A stretch of 62,156 bases of DNA, counting the filler, from Streblomastix strix (Eukaryota): the NCBI GenBank assembly GCA_008636045.1. It is 4 parts of 4 records of this genome, joined end to end, with 100 filler letters (N's around TTAATTAATTAA, not from the genome) between each part and the next. Parts side by side here need not be neighbours in the genome. Positions count along the whole stretch, not along the records: positions 1 to 15,474 come from SNRW01000977.1; positions 15,575 to 31,040 come from SNRW01000978.1; 2 more parts are not named here. One strand, written 5' to 3'. The stretch's first letter is position 1. Every line of letters begins with the position of its first letter. Made by a program: the position numbers and the translations under genes. This document shows, one piece after another, positions 1 to 22,908 of the stretch. The notes under the pieces were generated by a model. It did no database searches. It was given only the letters and a program-made list of their open reading frames with translations, and was not told the DNA's origin.

Positions 1-8143
<8,143 letters not shown>

Positions 8144-8768
8144 TTGTTTATTATTAGGTTTTTGTAGTCAAAATTCATTAATCATATATCAATTCACTTT
8201 TTTATTTTTTTTTGAGAATTTTTTATTTTTTTTGAGAATTATTTATTAATTTATTATTTTAAAGGTAAAAATTTACCATACTTTTAAGTATTATTTTAAT
8301 ATTTTTAAATTTTTTTTAGAAACTATTGTAGAAAATTAAATTAGTATTATTATTTTAGGCTATTTATTTACTTTGTCTCTTCTTAAATTATTTTAGTATG
8401 TTAATAAAAAAGTTAACTTTGTATTTATTAAAGTCGGACTTAACTATTTACTATATTTTTTTAAATATTTAGTTTTAAATATTATCTGAGGAATATATTT
8501 CTTCTGAAAAAGAAAAGAATTTATTTACTTATAATTGATTTATAAAAAGTATTATTTTATTTATTACATACTTCACATTCAACTTTATTAATAACAAACA
8601 TAATAACATTTAAAGTAAGGAACACTCAAAAATGATGTGAATAAACTCATTTAGGCCAGATAATAAATATGAAAGAATAGAAAAGATAATAAGGATGAAA
8701 TATTAGAAGGAGAACTTTTCAATTCAGAAAATATTCATTTCTTATTATTTATTAATTTTTCAAAAATT

Positions 8769-10881
8769 TCACCATTTAATGACTTTCTTGTTTGCAATAT
8801 GTACTGATGTTGGTTTTGCAATTTATTTTAGAGAAAGAATTGTACACGAAGCAGTTTCATAAAACATATGAATCTAAATTATAATTAAAATAAAAACATT
8901 TAAATTCATAATTGAATATCAAATAAATAATTAGAACATACAAAGAAGCGGACCTTCTCATTGATTCCTGATATGTAGACAGGTTGTTGAATTCCATCAA
9001 CAAAGAATATCAGAGTTCCTTTATTGAAATCCAATTCTTATCTCAAAATCTGATTATTTTAGAATTCAACATTTCCTTTAATATTTTCTTCCTTGTGGTA
9101 AACTTATCCTCCACCATTTCTATTTCAATAATAAATAAAATAATAATTATGATATATTTATTATTTTTATTTGTCATACATTCCACAGTAATAAGCAACA
9201 TGCATTTTGTCTGTAAATAAATAAATATGTAAGTACATAATAATGAAATACAATTCTGTTAAATTTTAACAAACTTTATTAATCCCAAGGACCATTACCC
9301 ACTGGAATATCATGAGAGTCTCTTACAATGCCAAAACCTGGTATTATGAAATTAATTTGTAAATATAATAATATTAAAACAGAGAAACAAATTCAAACAT
9401 GCAGAACAATCACAAGTATTTTAGAACTTACATTCCATAGCCCAAATGCCATTTTCAAGAATTTATGTTAAAGATATCAAATTATATTTCGTTTTTTTAT
9501 TGCTTATTCTTTTCTATACACCATCAATTTCAATGATCTAATAACATTCAGGATCTTTATTAATTATGTCAATTGTATATGAAATATCTTTAACAATCTT
9601 TAAATCAACTTCTTTGGATTCAATTTTTGATTGTGATATTTTTTCAATTTCTTATTTCTTTAATTATACAATTTCTTCTTTCAATGTATTTATTTCTTTT
9701 TCTTTTCTTTCTTTGTCTTATTTTTCTTTGTCTTTTTCTTATTTTATTATAATTAATTCATCATCTTTCTTCTTTAATTCTTATATCAACCTTTCATTTG
9801 ATTCATGTTCAATTCGAAGTTGTTCTTCTTTACTTTTAAGTTCATCAACTAATTTTTATTTATCTTCCTTTTCTCTTTATAATTATTCTGATTCTTCTTT
9901 TAATTGCATTTATGCATTGATTCCTTCTCCTGATAATAATGTGAGAATCTTTCTTGTTTTGTTCATTAAATCTGAATTTGAATTTTTCTTCATCTCTTCA
10001 AGTTAAGGAATCAATATGCAAAGTGGTTCTAATCCTGTTGCAGTTGTTACAAGTTTCAGAATGACATCAAGAAGTCCAATTTTCACGTGATTAGGAATTG
10101 AATTTTCAGTTTATGATGATGAAGAAGATTATGTTTATTCTTAAGTTCCAACTGATAATGTATGATTAACAATATGTAAGAATCCGTTTTAAAGAAGTGA
10201 TTTTCTGATTTCAATTACATCTTCAAGAAGTTCACAAAGTGCTTTGCTTCCAGATTTAGAAATCTTTTCATCATTAGACTAATTAAATAAATAAATAATT
10301 TTTATAAATATTATAATAAATTGAAAAGAAAAAGAAATAAAGACATGAATAATCTGAATAAATGATTCTGTAGCAGCTCCTGCAAGAATAGTTTTGTCTT
10401 CAGATCCATTACGAACTCCAATGATGTGTAAGATTGTTGTACTTAGAACCTAAAAATATAGAAAATTAAAATTAGTTGAATATTGTATTGAAATTAATAA
10501 ATTTATACATATTATTCACTTCTGTCAATAATTCCAGCAAATTTGTTCAGAACAGGTATCAATTTATATCTCAATACTAATTCTTTATTTCTAGTATCTT
10601 AAATTAAAAATAATGAATAAATAAAATAAAATAATAAAATTATTATTATTAATTAGGCAAACAATCCAACACTATATCCAATAAATGTCTTAATGATTGA
10701 GTATGAATATTCACATTCTCACTTTCTAACTCATCAATTATTTGAAGAATATTTGACTAGAAATAAAATAATAAATTTAATTTATAATAAAATATTAATT
10801 TTTGAAGCACACTGTTATATCAGCTTCAGCACCACTTGATTGTATAGATATTTTTGACGCTCGAACAGAGTCCTCTTCCAT
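8769..10881 (-). CDS. Helical/ARM-like + coiled-coil + C-terminal SPRY/B30.2-like protein (spliced)
   Basis: ATG at 10881 (MEEDSVRASK); E/K/Q coiled coil at about 9620-9990; SPRY-like 'LENGIWAME...GIVRDSHDIP...ILRQELDFNKGTLIFFVDGIQQPVYISGINEKVRFF'; ends KVIKW-TGA. Confidence 0.75.
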
Positions 10882-12079
10882 TTCTAATTTATGTATTAAA
10901 ATTAGTAAAATTAATAAAATATATTTAATATATTTAATATATTAATAAAATATTTTTAAATAATATAAAATATAATATATAATAAATATAAATTTGTATA
11001 GTTTATGGTTGGAAAATTGCGATTTTTTATAAATAAGATTTTTAAAAAGTTTTATACGATGAGATTTAAATTAAAGTATTATTAGCAGATTAAATAAACT
11101 GTAAAATATAATTTTATAAGGAATTCTATACATAAATTATTGAAATATTATACGGTTGTGATATTAGAATATTATTAGTTATTAACATGGATTCTTCAAC
11201 CAAAAATTTCTTAATTGATTAATAAATAATTATACTTAGTTTATAATGATCATGTTAATATTTATAAAGAAATAATACTGTTCAATGTTAATTACACACA
11301 GAGAAATATCAGATATTTCATAAAAAATTCTGAACTTTATTTGAATTAAAAAAAAATTATTTAATTATTTAATTAATTTCAAAATTATTACTAGAATAAA
11401 TTAGTAAAAGTATTAATCTATAAAATATTAAAAAAAATATATTTGAAGATTTCCGTTCCTATCCTCAAGTAACACTTCCTTGCACATATTTAAATATATA
11501 AAAAGTGCAATTATTGTTTGCATTAATAATTGATAATCTTATTTTAAACATAATTAGAACAAAATATGCGATTTAAATCATTCATATCATATTTCCTAGA
11601 TATTTATCCTACATATTTAAAGTTTCTAACTATTTTTTGCTTTTAATTCTTTTTATAATTGTGATTATAATACATTTATTATCTGAAATCTTTAGATAAA
11701 ATATTAATTTGAAATTCAACAATAAAATTGATTTAACACTATATATTCTAAATAAAATCTTTAATTTTTTAATTTTTGTTTTAGTATAATATATTTATAC
11801 CTTCAATTATTTATCATTAAATCTTTTTAATCAATAAATGTCTCCGAAACATTGATAAGAAAATTAATTATATAAAACTTAATTTATTCTCATTAAACGA
11901 TTTCATTTAATTACAAATCATTTTATTTTTCTAGGAATTTCATTCTTCTAACTTATTAATAATAAAAAATGATATTATTTATTATTCTATTTAGAATTTG
12001 AAAATAGTATTTCTATTAAATCTTCCATATTTTTTTACTGTTCATATAAATGAATATTATTTTTTTCTTTCTTTTCTAG

Positions 12080-13561
12080 ATGAGCGCTTTGCATGCAAGT
12101 GAACGTGAGCTTGTCGGCTGGATCAACAAACAGCCTTATTTAGATGGTGAACCCAGCTTGAATTGCACAATAGTGAATAATGGAGATAATCTTAAAAACG
12201 GAGTTGTTCTTTGTGAATTAGTTGAAATACTTGGAGGTTGTGAAATATAAAGAGTTCATAGAAATCCACAGACTATTGAAGATTAAATTTCCAACATTGA
12301 TGAAGTTGTGAATATATTGAACTCATAATACTTTGAGACTAAAACAAAAATTACTTTCCCTGATATTTTGAAACAACCGGATGCTAGTACAGTTATTGCT
12401 GAAGTATTTTTATTTAATTTAAAAATTATAATTATATTTATATTTTTATTTAATATATTATTAAAATTAATAATATATTATTAATTTATCAAATTTTTTT
12501 CTCTTCAATAATTTTATTTTTTAATATTTCAGAATGCGAATGGTGAAATTTGGATAGTTGTCAGTTTTATTCGGTCATTATTCACTTTACAGCAAAGATC
12601 ATTAACAATGTAGTCCTTCAAAACATCACAAGCTGAATAGAAATAATTCTCTAATTCATAAGCAATACAAACTCCTTTACAAACAAATTAACAAATTCAA
12701 ATTGTTTAAAAAATTAATAAAAATAATTTAATTGAATAAAATATAAATATAGAAAAGAACGAAAATAAATAAATTTAGCATGAATAATAATAATTATAAA
12801 ATTTTGAATAAAAGAACACTATTCAAACAAAACATTAATAAACTTAATAATCACCAAAAGAAAAAGAAACATTATATCAAAGTCTATTAAAAGAAAACAA
12901 ACCTGAAGTTCCACTTAAGAAAAGCATCAATATTCGAAATTCAATTTCAAAATATGAATTAAATTCAAATTCAAAATCAGAAATTCCATCACCACCTTTA
13001 CCTAAAAGGGTATAAGAATAATTGAGTATATATACAAATTAAGATTAATTTTAATTATTTTAATAATAATAATTTTTATAATCATAATAAATTGATAATT
13101 CAACAATCAATACACTTGGATTTTAGAATAAGAATGAAACATTATCACCAAATTAGAGAAGAAACTTATAAGGAAAAGAAAACTATAATCAAAATATTAA
13201 TTCTAATTAATAATCCAATTTGAAATCAAAAGAAACATAATTAATAAAATAATAAATATAATCATCATCTTCAATTCGAGGATTTTCTCCATCAGATTAA
13301 CCAATTCCATTATCAGCATGGCAATAATCATATACTGTTAACTTAGGACATGAATCATCTAAATTGAGTCCGAGCAAACTGTCACATTTACTTTAATAAC
13401 AGTAATTATAATATCAAGAATAATAATATCTGTAATAATATTAATCACTTTAATTTCCTAATTCAACACAAAACATCAAAGGTTAAAATATAAATGAAAA
13501 CTACAATCAAACACAAAATGAATCATTTTCAACTTCACCAGAACATTCAATTGGAAATTGA
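12080..13561 (+). CDS. Calponin-homology domain protein with low-complexity tail (possibly truncated)
   Basis: 'SERELVGWINK...GDNLKNGVVLCELVEILGG...DQISNIDEVVNIL' fits the CH pattern. Intron at about 12404-12532. In-frame TGA at 13559-13561, although coding-like sequence continues beyond it. Confidence 0.65.
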
Positions 13562-13693
13562 TTATCTCCAGATGATGAATATAAATATAAATAAAAACTG
13601 AAATAATATTATTCTGATGAGAAAAGAATTAAAGCGTGGGAAAATAATTGGAATGAATCTTTTGCATCCGAATATACGTAATAACATAAGAAG

Positions 13694-14539
13694 AAGAAGT
13701 TGATTTAAAGATTGTTAAAGATATTTCATATACAATTGGCATAATTAATAAAGATCCTGAATGTTATTAGATCATTGACATTGATGGTGTATAGAAAAGA
13801 ATAAGCAATAAACAAAGTAAATATAATTTGATATCTTTAACATAAATTCTTGAAAATGGTATTTGGGCTATGGAATGCAAATTCTAAAATACTGAAAGTT
13901 TTTCTGCATGTTTGAATTTATTTTTCTGATTAAAAATTCTAATATTCTAAAATTAATTTCATAATACCAGGTGTTGGCATTATAAGAGATTCTCATGATA
14001 TTCCAGTTGGTAAAGGTCCTTGGGATTAATAAAGTTTGTTAAAATTTAATAAAATTGTATTTCATTATTATATACTTACTTATTTATTTATTTATAGACA
14101 AAATGCATGTTGCTTATTACTATGGAATGTATGACAAATAAAAATAATAAATATATCATAATTATTATTATATTAATTATTGAAATAGAAACGGTGGAGG
14201 ATAAGTTTACCACAAAGATGAAAATATTAAAGGTGTTGTTGAATTCTAGAATAATCAGATTTTGAGATAAGAATTAGATTTCAATTAAGGAACTTTGATA
14301 TTCTTTGTTGATGGAATTCAACAACCTGTCTACATTTCAGGAATCAATGAGAAAGTTCGCTTTTTCGTATGATTAAACTATTTTTTTGTAATTCAATTAA
14401 GAATTTTATTGATTTTATTTTAAATAAAATTTAGATTCAAATGTACCATGAAAATGCATCCTGTATAATTCTCTCCTTGAAATAACTTGCAAATCCAACA
14501 TAAGTACATATTGCAAACAAGAAAGTCATTCAATGGTGA
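13694..14539 (+). pseudogene. Duplicated SPRY-like exons, out of frame with the upstream CH gene
   Basis: Paralog of 8769-9614. Its frame is closed upstream by TGA at 13654 and differs from the CH frame. Ends KVIQW-TGA. Confidence 0.6.
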
Positions 14540-15165
14540 AATTTTTGAAAAATTAAGATACAATTTGAAATGAAAATCTTCTGAATTGAAATGTTCTCCT
14601 TCTGATATTTCATTCTCATTATCTTTTCTATTCTTTCATATTTATTATCTTGCCTAAATGAGTTTATTCACATCATTTTTGAGTGTTCCTTACTTTAAAT
14701 GTTATTATGTTTGTTATTAATAAAGTTGAATGTGAAGTATGTAATAAATAAAATAATATTTTTATAAATCAATTATAAGAAAATAAATTCTTTTCTTTTT
14801 CAGTAGAAAATATATTCAACTGATAATATTTAAAACTAAATATTTAAAAAAATATAGTAAATACATAAGTCCGACTTTAATAAATACAAAGTTAACTTTT
14901 TTATTAACATACTAGAATAATTTAAGAAGAGACAAAGTAAATAAATAGCCTAAAATAATAACACTAATTTAATTTTCTACAATAGTTATTAAAAAAAATT
15001 TAAAAATATTAAAATAATACTTAAAAGTAAGGTAAATTTTTACCTTAAAAATAATAAATTAATAAATAATTCTCAAAAAAAATAAAAAATTCTCAAAAAA
15101 AAAATAAAAAAGTGAATTGATATATGATTAATGAATTTTGACTACAAAAATCTAATAATAAACAA

Positions 15166-15474
15166 TCAAACAGTTTTCATAGTAGTAACAATATTCCTGT
15201 TAACCACCCCCAAAGCTGGTCCGGCTGAAGCTATAATTGATACAAGAACGGCTGCTCCAATTGATATAATAACCATCATATATGGGAAAACGAATTAAAT
15301 AGGTATCCCCTGCATCATGCCCATCTGCGAGGTCAGCATATAGCCCACAATCATACCCACGATCATGCCCATCACAGACGCTGATATAACGAGTATGAAT
15401 GCTTCTTCTATATACACACGCACAAGCTGCATTTTCTTCAAGCCCAGAGCTCTTTCAATTCCAATTTCTTTTGT
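15166..15474 (-). CDS. 3' end of a second FtsX-like permease copy
   Basis: Near-identical to 7835-8143 with mostly third-position differences; cut by the contig end. Confidence 0.8.
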
Positions 15475-15574
15475 NNNNNNNNNNNNNNNNNNNNNNNNNN
15501 NNNNNNNNNNNNNNNNNNTTAATTAATTAANNNNNNNNNNNNNNNNNNNNNNNNNNNNNNNNNNNNNNNNNNNN
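15475..15574. other. Artificial contig linker N44-TTAATTAATTAA-N44
   Basis: The same 100-nt spacer occurs three times; the 12-mer is a standard-code six-frame stop linker. Confidence 0.97.
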
Positions 15575-15575
15575 A

Positions 15576-16286
15576 GATGCAAGTGAGAGAACATATAGAT
15601 CATCAACTTCCTCTGAGACTTCATCTGGTTCATCAGAATCATCAACTTCTTCAACTTCAACTAAATCAATTAAATCTAAAACAGGCAATAAGTAAGCTAG
15701 AGATTCAGATAATAGTAGTGTATCATCAAGATCATCTTCCTCAACAACAAGTTCTACATCCACGTCGTCTTCCTCCTCTTCAGTTCCATCCAAACCTCAA
15801 AAAAGAAAAACAGCCTAAAATAAAGCATCTAAAATATCTTCATCTAAAAGATCATCTAAATCCACAGCATCCACCGAATCACCCTCTTCCTCTTCTTCAG
15901 TAAGTAAATCAACTAAACCTCAAACAGAAGCAAAGAGAAGTGAGAAATCAACTGATAAGACAACAATAGACAATCTCTCTAGTTCAGATGATAGAAAATC
16001 TTCAACTAAGAAAGATTCAACAGTGGATAAGAAAGAAGAAGAAAAGAAAGGAACATTGTCTGACAGTGCAGATAGTTCATCATCTGATTCTGAACATGAT
16101 AGCTCTGATTCTGAGAGTGGAAATAGCAACAGTGGTCTTTCTTCATTATAGAAATCATCTAAAGCAGACAGTGATGCAATTCAAAGCAGTAGTGGAGCTG
16201 ATAGAAGTGCAGCAAGTAGTGAAGGTTCTAATGACAGTGATTCAAGTTCAGACAGTGAAAGTGGTGACAGTAAATAAAATCTGTGA
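15576..16286 (+). CDS. 3' part of a Ser-rich low-complexity protein
   Basis: Frame open from the contig start (DASERTYRSSTSSETSSGSS...) to TGA at 16284-16286. Confidence 0.7.
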
Positions 16287-16588
16287 TGAATAATAAATGA
16301 GTTGACACATCACAGGGCTTCAGATACATTATAAAGAGTTAAAGAAGTTTTCACATTACATATTTGATTTATCTCCCCGACTGTAGTTGTAATAAGAGAT
16401 GTAGTTGGCAATCCTCCCTTTTTATTTTATATTTTTTACACTTATCCAATAAATAAATAATAATACTCTTACAAAATAACGCAATTGTATTTAAATTTAA
16501 ACTCTACGAAGATGAATTCTTTATTTGAATCGACTGGGAATTACAATCGAGAATAAAAATAGAAGATTCAAACAAAATATGAATCCTT

Positions 16589-17790
16589 TCACTCTTTCTA
16601 ATCTTTCTTATCAGCACCTGGAAATTATTTCACGGCATCATTCCAAAGCAATTCTTATTTTACGAGTCTTGTGATTATATCCACAACAACTGAGCGATGC
16701 ACTCTGATCTAATCCATACTATCTCTCTCCCTGATTGTAACAGTCTGATTTCTCAAAGATTCCTTCCCAGATTCTTCATCACTCTTCTCCTTCTTGATCT
16801 CAACATCAGAATCAAGACTTGCATAATCTACTGTTGTGCAGAATGGAATACAAATCTCATCAGATCTGGAATAGCGTCTTCCAATTGATGCACTGGATTT
16901 GTCTATTCGAGTTGGGAAATGTTGAAGTAAACCAGCAATCTATAAAGATAGATCAATAAATGGTTTTTTAGAATAAAGAGGGAATATTCCGATTTTAATT
17001 GGTGCAATTGAAGGAGGAAATGGAATAACAGCTCTTTGGTCATCTTCTGGTCTTGTATATATTCCATATTCAATTGATGAGAAAAGAATTCGTGATATCC
17101 CAAATGATGGTTCTATAACAAAAGGATAAAAATTTTCTTCAGTCAATTTCTCTGTTTTAAGTGATATCATCTCTGGAGTTATTTTAACTGACTTAACCAA
17201 ATCTCTTTCACCAGTTGATGTCTTATATGGATAAATATTGGCTTCTTTTACTCCATCTTTCCCTTCATTCAATTATGCTTTAATTGAAGATGCTTCTTCT
17301 TCATTCTAATTCAATGATTCAATGTAATTTGCGACTATTGAAGTGTCTTTCTTAAATATTTAACTGATCTTACCTTTTTCAGGTTTAAGAACTAATTTTT
17401 CAATTGGTTGATCCAACTTCCTTGAAGCACCAATCTATTTCCCAGATCCTTTAGCATGAGCACCAAGATCAAAACAATCTCTATCAGCAATTCCAATAAT
17501 CTCAACCCATCCAGAAGTAGTTAAAGCTTCTGCATCCCAACAATCACGTGCATAATGAGCTCTTTACTTATCTAGATGTTATCTAAAGCGAAGATTCGAT
17601 CTCCTAAATACAATCTTCTCCAGAAATAGTTGTGTACGTCCAATATAGAATGCAAGAATTTCATTCTTGAGTAATATGCGAGGTTCAGATGTTGATGATG
17701 TAATTTATGGGACAATTCCAGATCTTGCTTATTTCATACTAATCTTAATAAGGAGATCTTTAGAATCTTCTGTATCTGTTCAGGAGAGAG
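16589..17790 (-). pseudogene. GARS: Glycyl-tRNA synthetase (eukaryotic alpha2 type), C-terminal half only
   Basis: '[22 protein letters not shown]...[19 protein letters not shown]', motif 3 'VIEPSFGISRI', anticodon-binding domain 'SIGRRYSRSDEICIPF...TVTIRERDSMDQIRV'. No motif 1 or 2 region is recognisable upstream. Confidence 0.8.
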
Positions 17791-18039
17791 TCTGACTACA
17801 TAGGTGGTTATGATTGTAGCTGTACTTACATTGAGTCTTGATGATAAGCATAAATATTCTGATATTTCGGGTGATATGAGAAGAATTGATTATGTCTTGT
17901 CCTTATCTTTTGATCCTATTAGACAGTAACTATTGGGAAATATGAGCTTATAACAATACTACTTGGGTGTGTGTGTGTGCGTGTATGTATTATCTAGTAT
18001 ATGTGACTTTGATGTGAATGTATCATATTTTCCCGCTAA

Positions 18040-19435
18040 ATTCAATAATGTTTCTTAATCATTTATCTTATCTTTCTTTTATTTATTTATCTCATTTCTT
18101 CTTATCTTCATTCTCTTCATCATCAGGCATTTTGGCTATATACTCTCTCCAATACTATTATATATCTGGTATTCTGTCTGAGCATACATCAACCATGCTA
18201 TAATGAAACAGAGGTGCAACTGATGTAAGAAAAACAAGAATAGGTTTAACATGTGCACAATCAAATGAAATATCCCCTAAACATGTTATCAGTCTAGATA
18301 GTATAACCTATGGTCTGGGAAGATTGGCACTTGCATGAGCATCAAAATCAATCAATATATCATCCTCTTACTCAATACTTCTTTCCAAGTGATAATCTAG
18401 TATGAGCACAACAAATAGAAGGAATAGAATGTGACACTGATGATGCAGATATGATTGGATCAACAATATATTCAAATAAATGAAGCCATAAGAGTAGTCA
18501 AGTTGATGAATGATGCACACACATCTTATAAATAGTATCATAAGCAAATTGAGATAAAGCAAAAGAAAGAAAAAATAAAATTCTATGATCCAGTGAACCC
18601 AAATCCATAATTTGCAATTGGAGGCAAAGAAGGATGAGAAGATTAGAAAGGAGATTGAATTGGAGGAAGACCAGTTTTCTTCTTCTTGTCACCTGTACCA
18701 ATTGATGCTGTTGAAACTGAATATGGATCAGATCTCCTCCATCCATTAATATGCTCTCCACATCCTGCAATCACTGACTTCACAAGTGTTTCCCATCCTG
18801 AGTCTTCAAGATAATTCAGTCTGGAGAGAGAAAGTACTAATAAGACTAATGCAAATTGATCTGAAGAAGGATATTATTGTACACAGAGCTGAATGAAAAC
18901 TCGGAAGCACATTTGGAAGATACAATCTCACTTCTTATGGTTATTATTTCAGAGCTGATGATATTGTTCTATATAGAGCTGATCCAGCTGTAAATTTCTC
19001 TGTTATACTTTAATCTCCTTTCTTCAATGACAGTAGAAGTGCTGGTATTAATTTGGGAGGTGCAGCTTTAAGTGCAAATGATGATATTAATCTCGTTAAC
19101 TTCCAAGTTGCCTTATGACACACAAGTTGACATTTATCAGTTAAAAACCACTATCCAAATATTTTATTGAATCAAGTATTAATTTCGACTTCAAAGTCAG
19201 ATGCAGGATGAGCATTAGGTAATAAATATAAAGGAAGCAATGAATATAACTGAGATGAAGATGATAAATGGTTATTGATTTCATTACCATTCTCTTTCTC
19301 TCAATATATCTACATCACTGCTTCTCCAAACACACCAAAACATGCACATAGTATCCATTTAATATTATCATGTCTCACTGAACCAAGTGATGGAAGCAAA
19401 CGAGAGAATATATCCAAACAAATTTCACCTCAATC
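18040..19435 (-). pseudogene. Degenerate fragments of an unidentified helical-repeat protein gene
   Basis: Coding-like stretches ('ICLDIFSRLLPSLGSVRHDNIKWILCACFGVFGEA', 'LSRLNYLEDSGWETLVKSVIAGCGEH') broken by TGAs and frameshifts. Confidence 0.4.
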
Positions 19436-20174
19436 AATCTAAATTAGTTTAAATATATGTTTTAAATATAAATAAGTACTATTTAATTAAGTTTAAAGTG
19501 TAGGTGATAAGAAAGCTATATTTTAAAAAAACCGAAAATTTTGTGTTGTTAAAGATTGATTATCATACATGATTAATATAACAGTTATGTGTGTACTAAT
19601 TAAATTTAAATATATTTTAAAGTTAAGTAAAATTTAATTAACCAAATGTGGAGAAATATGCAAATTATTGCAATTCAACCATTCGTAGCGTCTATTCACT
19701 AAACTTCGTTAAATTATTTACAAATGTTGTTTATTTCTAGAAATAATACAATTAATGTATATCCCTGTTCAATTCAATGAACACTTGTAGATATCTCAAA
19801 AAAATCAGTTTCTTGGTTAGGAGGGAGAAACTCAACCATCCCACAGTTCAAATTTATTGTATATTAAGCATACATACTAAAAATTATATTGAAATCCCAG
19901 ACAACCTAAAAGTGTCCGGTGGTCTACCAACAGGCCACAAAAGCCATCCCTATTTTTAACTCGCACACTTACAACTGTAAAACTAAGGTCATTATCTTTA
20001 TTGTATGAATGAAATGATTATTAAATTTGAAAAAAATAATATAAATTAATAATATTTAACGATTATGAGTTCATTTAACAATAAATGATGTGAAGATAGA
20101 TTGCTAATGGTCGAAATAAAAAAAATATTCTTTAAAATCGGATTTAATCAAATATCTATTTAAGAATAGATTTT

Positions 20175-22908
20175 TCACCTCTTCCATACTGTTCCCCATC
20201 CCCAAGCTCGAGATCCTTCATGTTTTGCAGTAGATGAAGTAAGAAGATCAAAGCAGACGATTTTGAATGAAGATTTTCTTTAGTAAATGTTACTCTGAAA
20301 TTAAATATTTGAAAAACAAACAAGAAATGAATGAAATATATTAAACCATATGGAAAAGAGTATTAATATAATATTATTTACATGCCCATATTCTTACTGT
20401 AGCTGGTATATTTGTGATATAGTTGGGCTGCTCGACATCGTTAATAAAGAATGTTAGTGACTTAGGGTTGGAGTCCATGTTTAACTGAAAATAATATATA
20501 TAATAATATATTAATTCAAATTATTTATTTAAATTCAAGCAAACTTCCATTGCGATACGATCCCCGGATTTATATTTAGAATTTCCTCCAATCAAATCAC
20601 CCTAATGAAACAATGTGCCACTAAACAAAAAAAATAAAAAGTAAACAATATTTATATTAAAAAAAATGATATCTTTTAATATTTGTAACAGTATTAATAA
20701 TAAAAATTTTATTAAAATATAAACCTAGATGAACAATAAACAATCTTTCCATTTCCTTTTGAAATTTTATTGGAATTAATAAATGAAATAATTAATAAAA
20801 AATATTCTTGTGGTATTTTAAAAAAAAAAGTTTAAAATAAAACCTGCTTATTTGGGATATTAATTTCTGCTATACTGAACAGATTCATCAGCTATTCCAA
20901 TATCTATTAATTAATTGAATAGTTATTAATAATAACATAATTTTAATAATAAAATTATATAATATTATTACCTGTAGCATCTTTCAGGTTGAGTACTTCA
21001 AATTTCACGATTCCGCTTTTCAATGCTGGGTTAAATAAAATAACAGAATTTTTATCTGAAGAACCAGAGAATGTACCATCTTTTATATCTACATCTTCAG
21101 AATATGGAACAAGATGTATATATGCAATAGTACCTACGTCTTTTAATAAATAGAGAAATGAGTTTAATATAATTAATTAAGAAAATAAATAAATTTAAAT
21201 AAATAAAATTCGAATTATTTTAATGAGAATTAATAAATTTTAGATTTCAATAATAAATTACCTTTCTATGTTTATATAGAACCAGATAATTATTCCTATG
21301 GGCTCTGTTATTTGCCAATCCTTTAACGCCTCATTGTTTTTCTATGCATTTACATCTTCTGCTCTTTTTCTTCTACAATTTCTGGATCATTTGTTTTATT
21401 TTGTATTTCATTCTAAATTTGATGTTTTTCAAGTTCATTTCGAAGACGTGCAATCTCTGCTTCTTTATCATTTGCTATTTTCTATAGTTCTTCTGTTTTC
21501 TTTTCTTTTTCTTCCTGTTGTCTTATAAACATTTGAATTGTCTCTTGTTCCAGTATCTCCTTTGCTGTAGGACGTTTCAATGCATCCTGATTCATATATA
21601 TTGATTTTCAATATCAATAATTATAAATAAATATATTTAAATTTAAATGCATATAAAATATAATATAATAATTAAATAAATAACAAACATGACTGATCAT
21701 CGATGTAACAAGTTCCTTCATTTCTCTTGAAACTTATTCAGGAAGTGGAGCTGCATTTCCTTTTATAATGTTATCAATGGTTCCTTATTCTGTCCCAGCT
21801 TCGAATGGATGTCTTCCAGTCAATAATTCCACTGCCACAATTCCCACACTGAAGATATCTGAGGCAAAATCAGTCCTATATTATATTATATTATATATAT
21901 AATCATATTAATATGAATAATAAAAATTCAATATCATTAATTCTTTCTATTATATAGTTCAAACTTCTTAGACTACCAGACTTCAGCTGCCATGTATACC
22001 CTGAATCAAATTAATATAATTAATTATATAAATTATAAAAGTGACTTATTTAGTATTATATTAAATGTCAATACTTTGTTCCTGCCATTGTAGCATAATC
22101 CTTACTTGATATCACTTTTGCTAATCCGAAATCTCCTGAATAATAAAATAAATAAAATAAATAAATAAATAAATAAAAATATTAAAATAAAATAAAAATA
22201 TTAAAATAATATATAAATCAAATTTACCCAAGCAAACTGATCCATCAGAATTGACAAAAATATTCTCGGGTTTGATATCACTAAATTTAATATCAAGATA
22301 TAAAAATACATATAAAAAATAAAATAAAAATAAAATAAAAATAGTAATAAATGAAAAATTCATCAACCGATGTACAACGCCTTATGAGTGCATGAAGTCC
22401 AATGCCCGTACAATCTGTGCTAATATCTCCCACACACGCTACAGGACAATCAAAAATAATAAAACAAGAATAAATAACCTCAATAAAAATCAAATTTATC
22501 TCAAATTAATATCCACAAGCCATAAATCTTTCTTTCTCGGCCAATTCCTGGAAATCATGAATTACTTTCCTTAGATCGCCACCTTCACAGTACTTCATAA
22601 TAATACACAAATCGAGATCGCGTTGAAATGCAGTAATGAAATGAACTGTGAATTTTGATGTCAATCTTTTCATCTATTCAATCTCCATGTTCACTCTGGC
22701 TTTATCCTCCTCTGAAAAGCACTCTTCCTTCTTCAATGTAAATTTTTCTTATGTAGTCTTTAAGGCTACTAAATATGCTCCACCTTGCGATCCAGAGCCA
22801 AGTTTTTTGATGATTTCCACTTAAAGATCATTTTGAAATTGATATATGTAAAAAATATCTAAAAAATGTTTATATACAGTCTTCGTAGCGTAATGCTGTA
22901 ATTGACAT
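20175..22908 (-). CDS. NEK/CAMK-like Ser/Thr kinase + coiled coil + SPRY-like domain (multi-intron)
   Basis: GSGSQG loop, 'MKYCEGGDL', HRDIKPEN, DFGLAK, 'AGTKVYMAAE', 'DIFSVG'; C-terminal 'GDRIAMELNMDSNPKSLTFFINDVEQPNYITNIP'; ends GWGTVWKR-TGA. Confidence 0.88.

Larger units (their letters stand above)
13694..15474. repeat. Right arm of the inverted duplication (partner 7835-9614), running to the contig end
   Basis: Reverse complement of 7835-9614. Confidence 0.92.

Noticed and set aside
13678..13690. 13-nt GT..AG micro-intron restoring a CH-SPRY fusion
   Set aside because: Removing it does not restore the SPRY frame, and the CH frame already has TGA at 13559
15519..15530. TTAATTAATTAA as a biological palindrome or piggyBac TTAA site
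   Set aside because: Sits in identical N padding three times; synthetic linker
19777..19959. Short GC-richer ORF
   Set aside because: No recognisable motif or convincing gene structure on either strand
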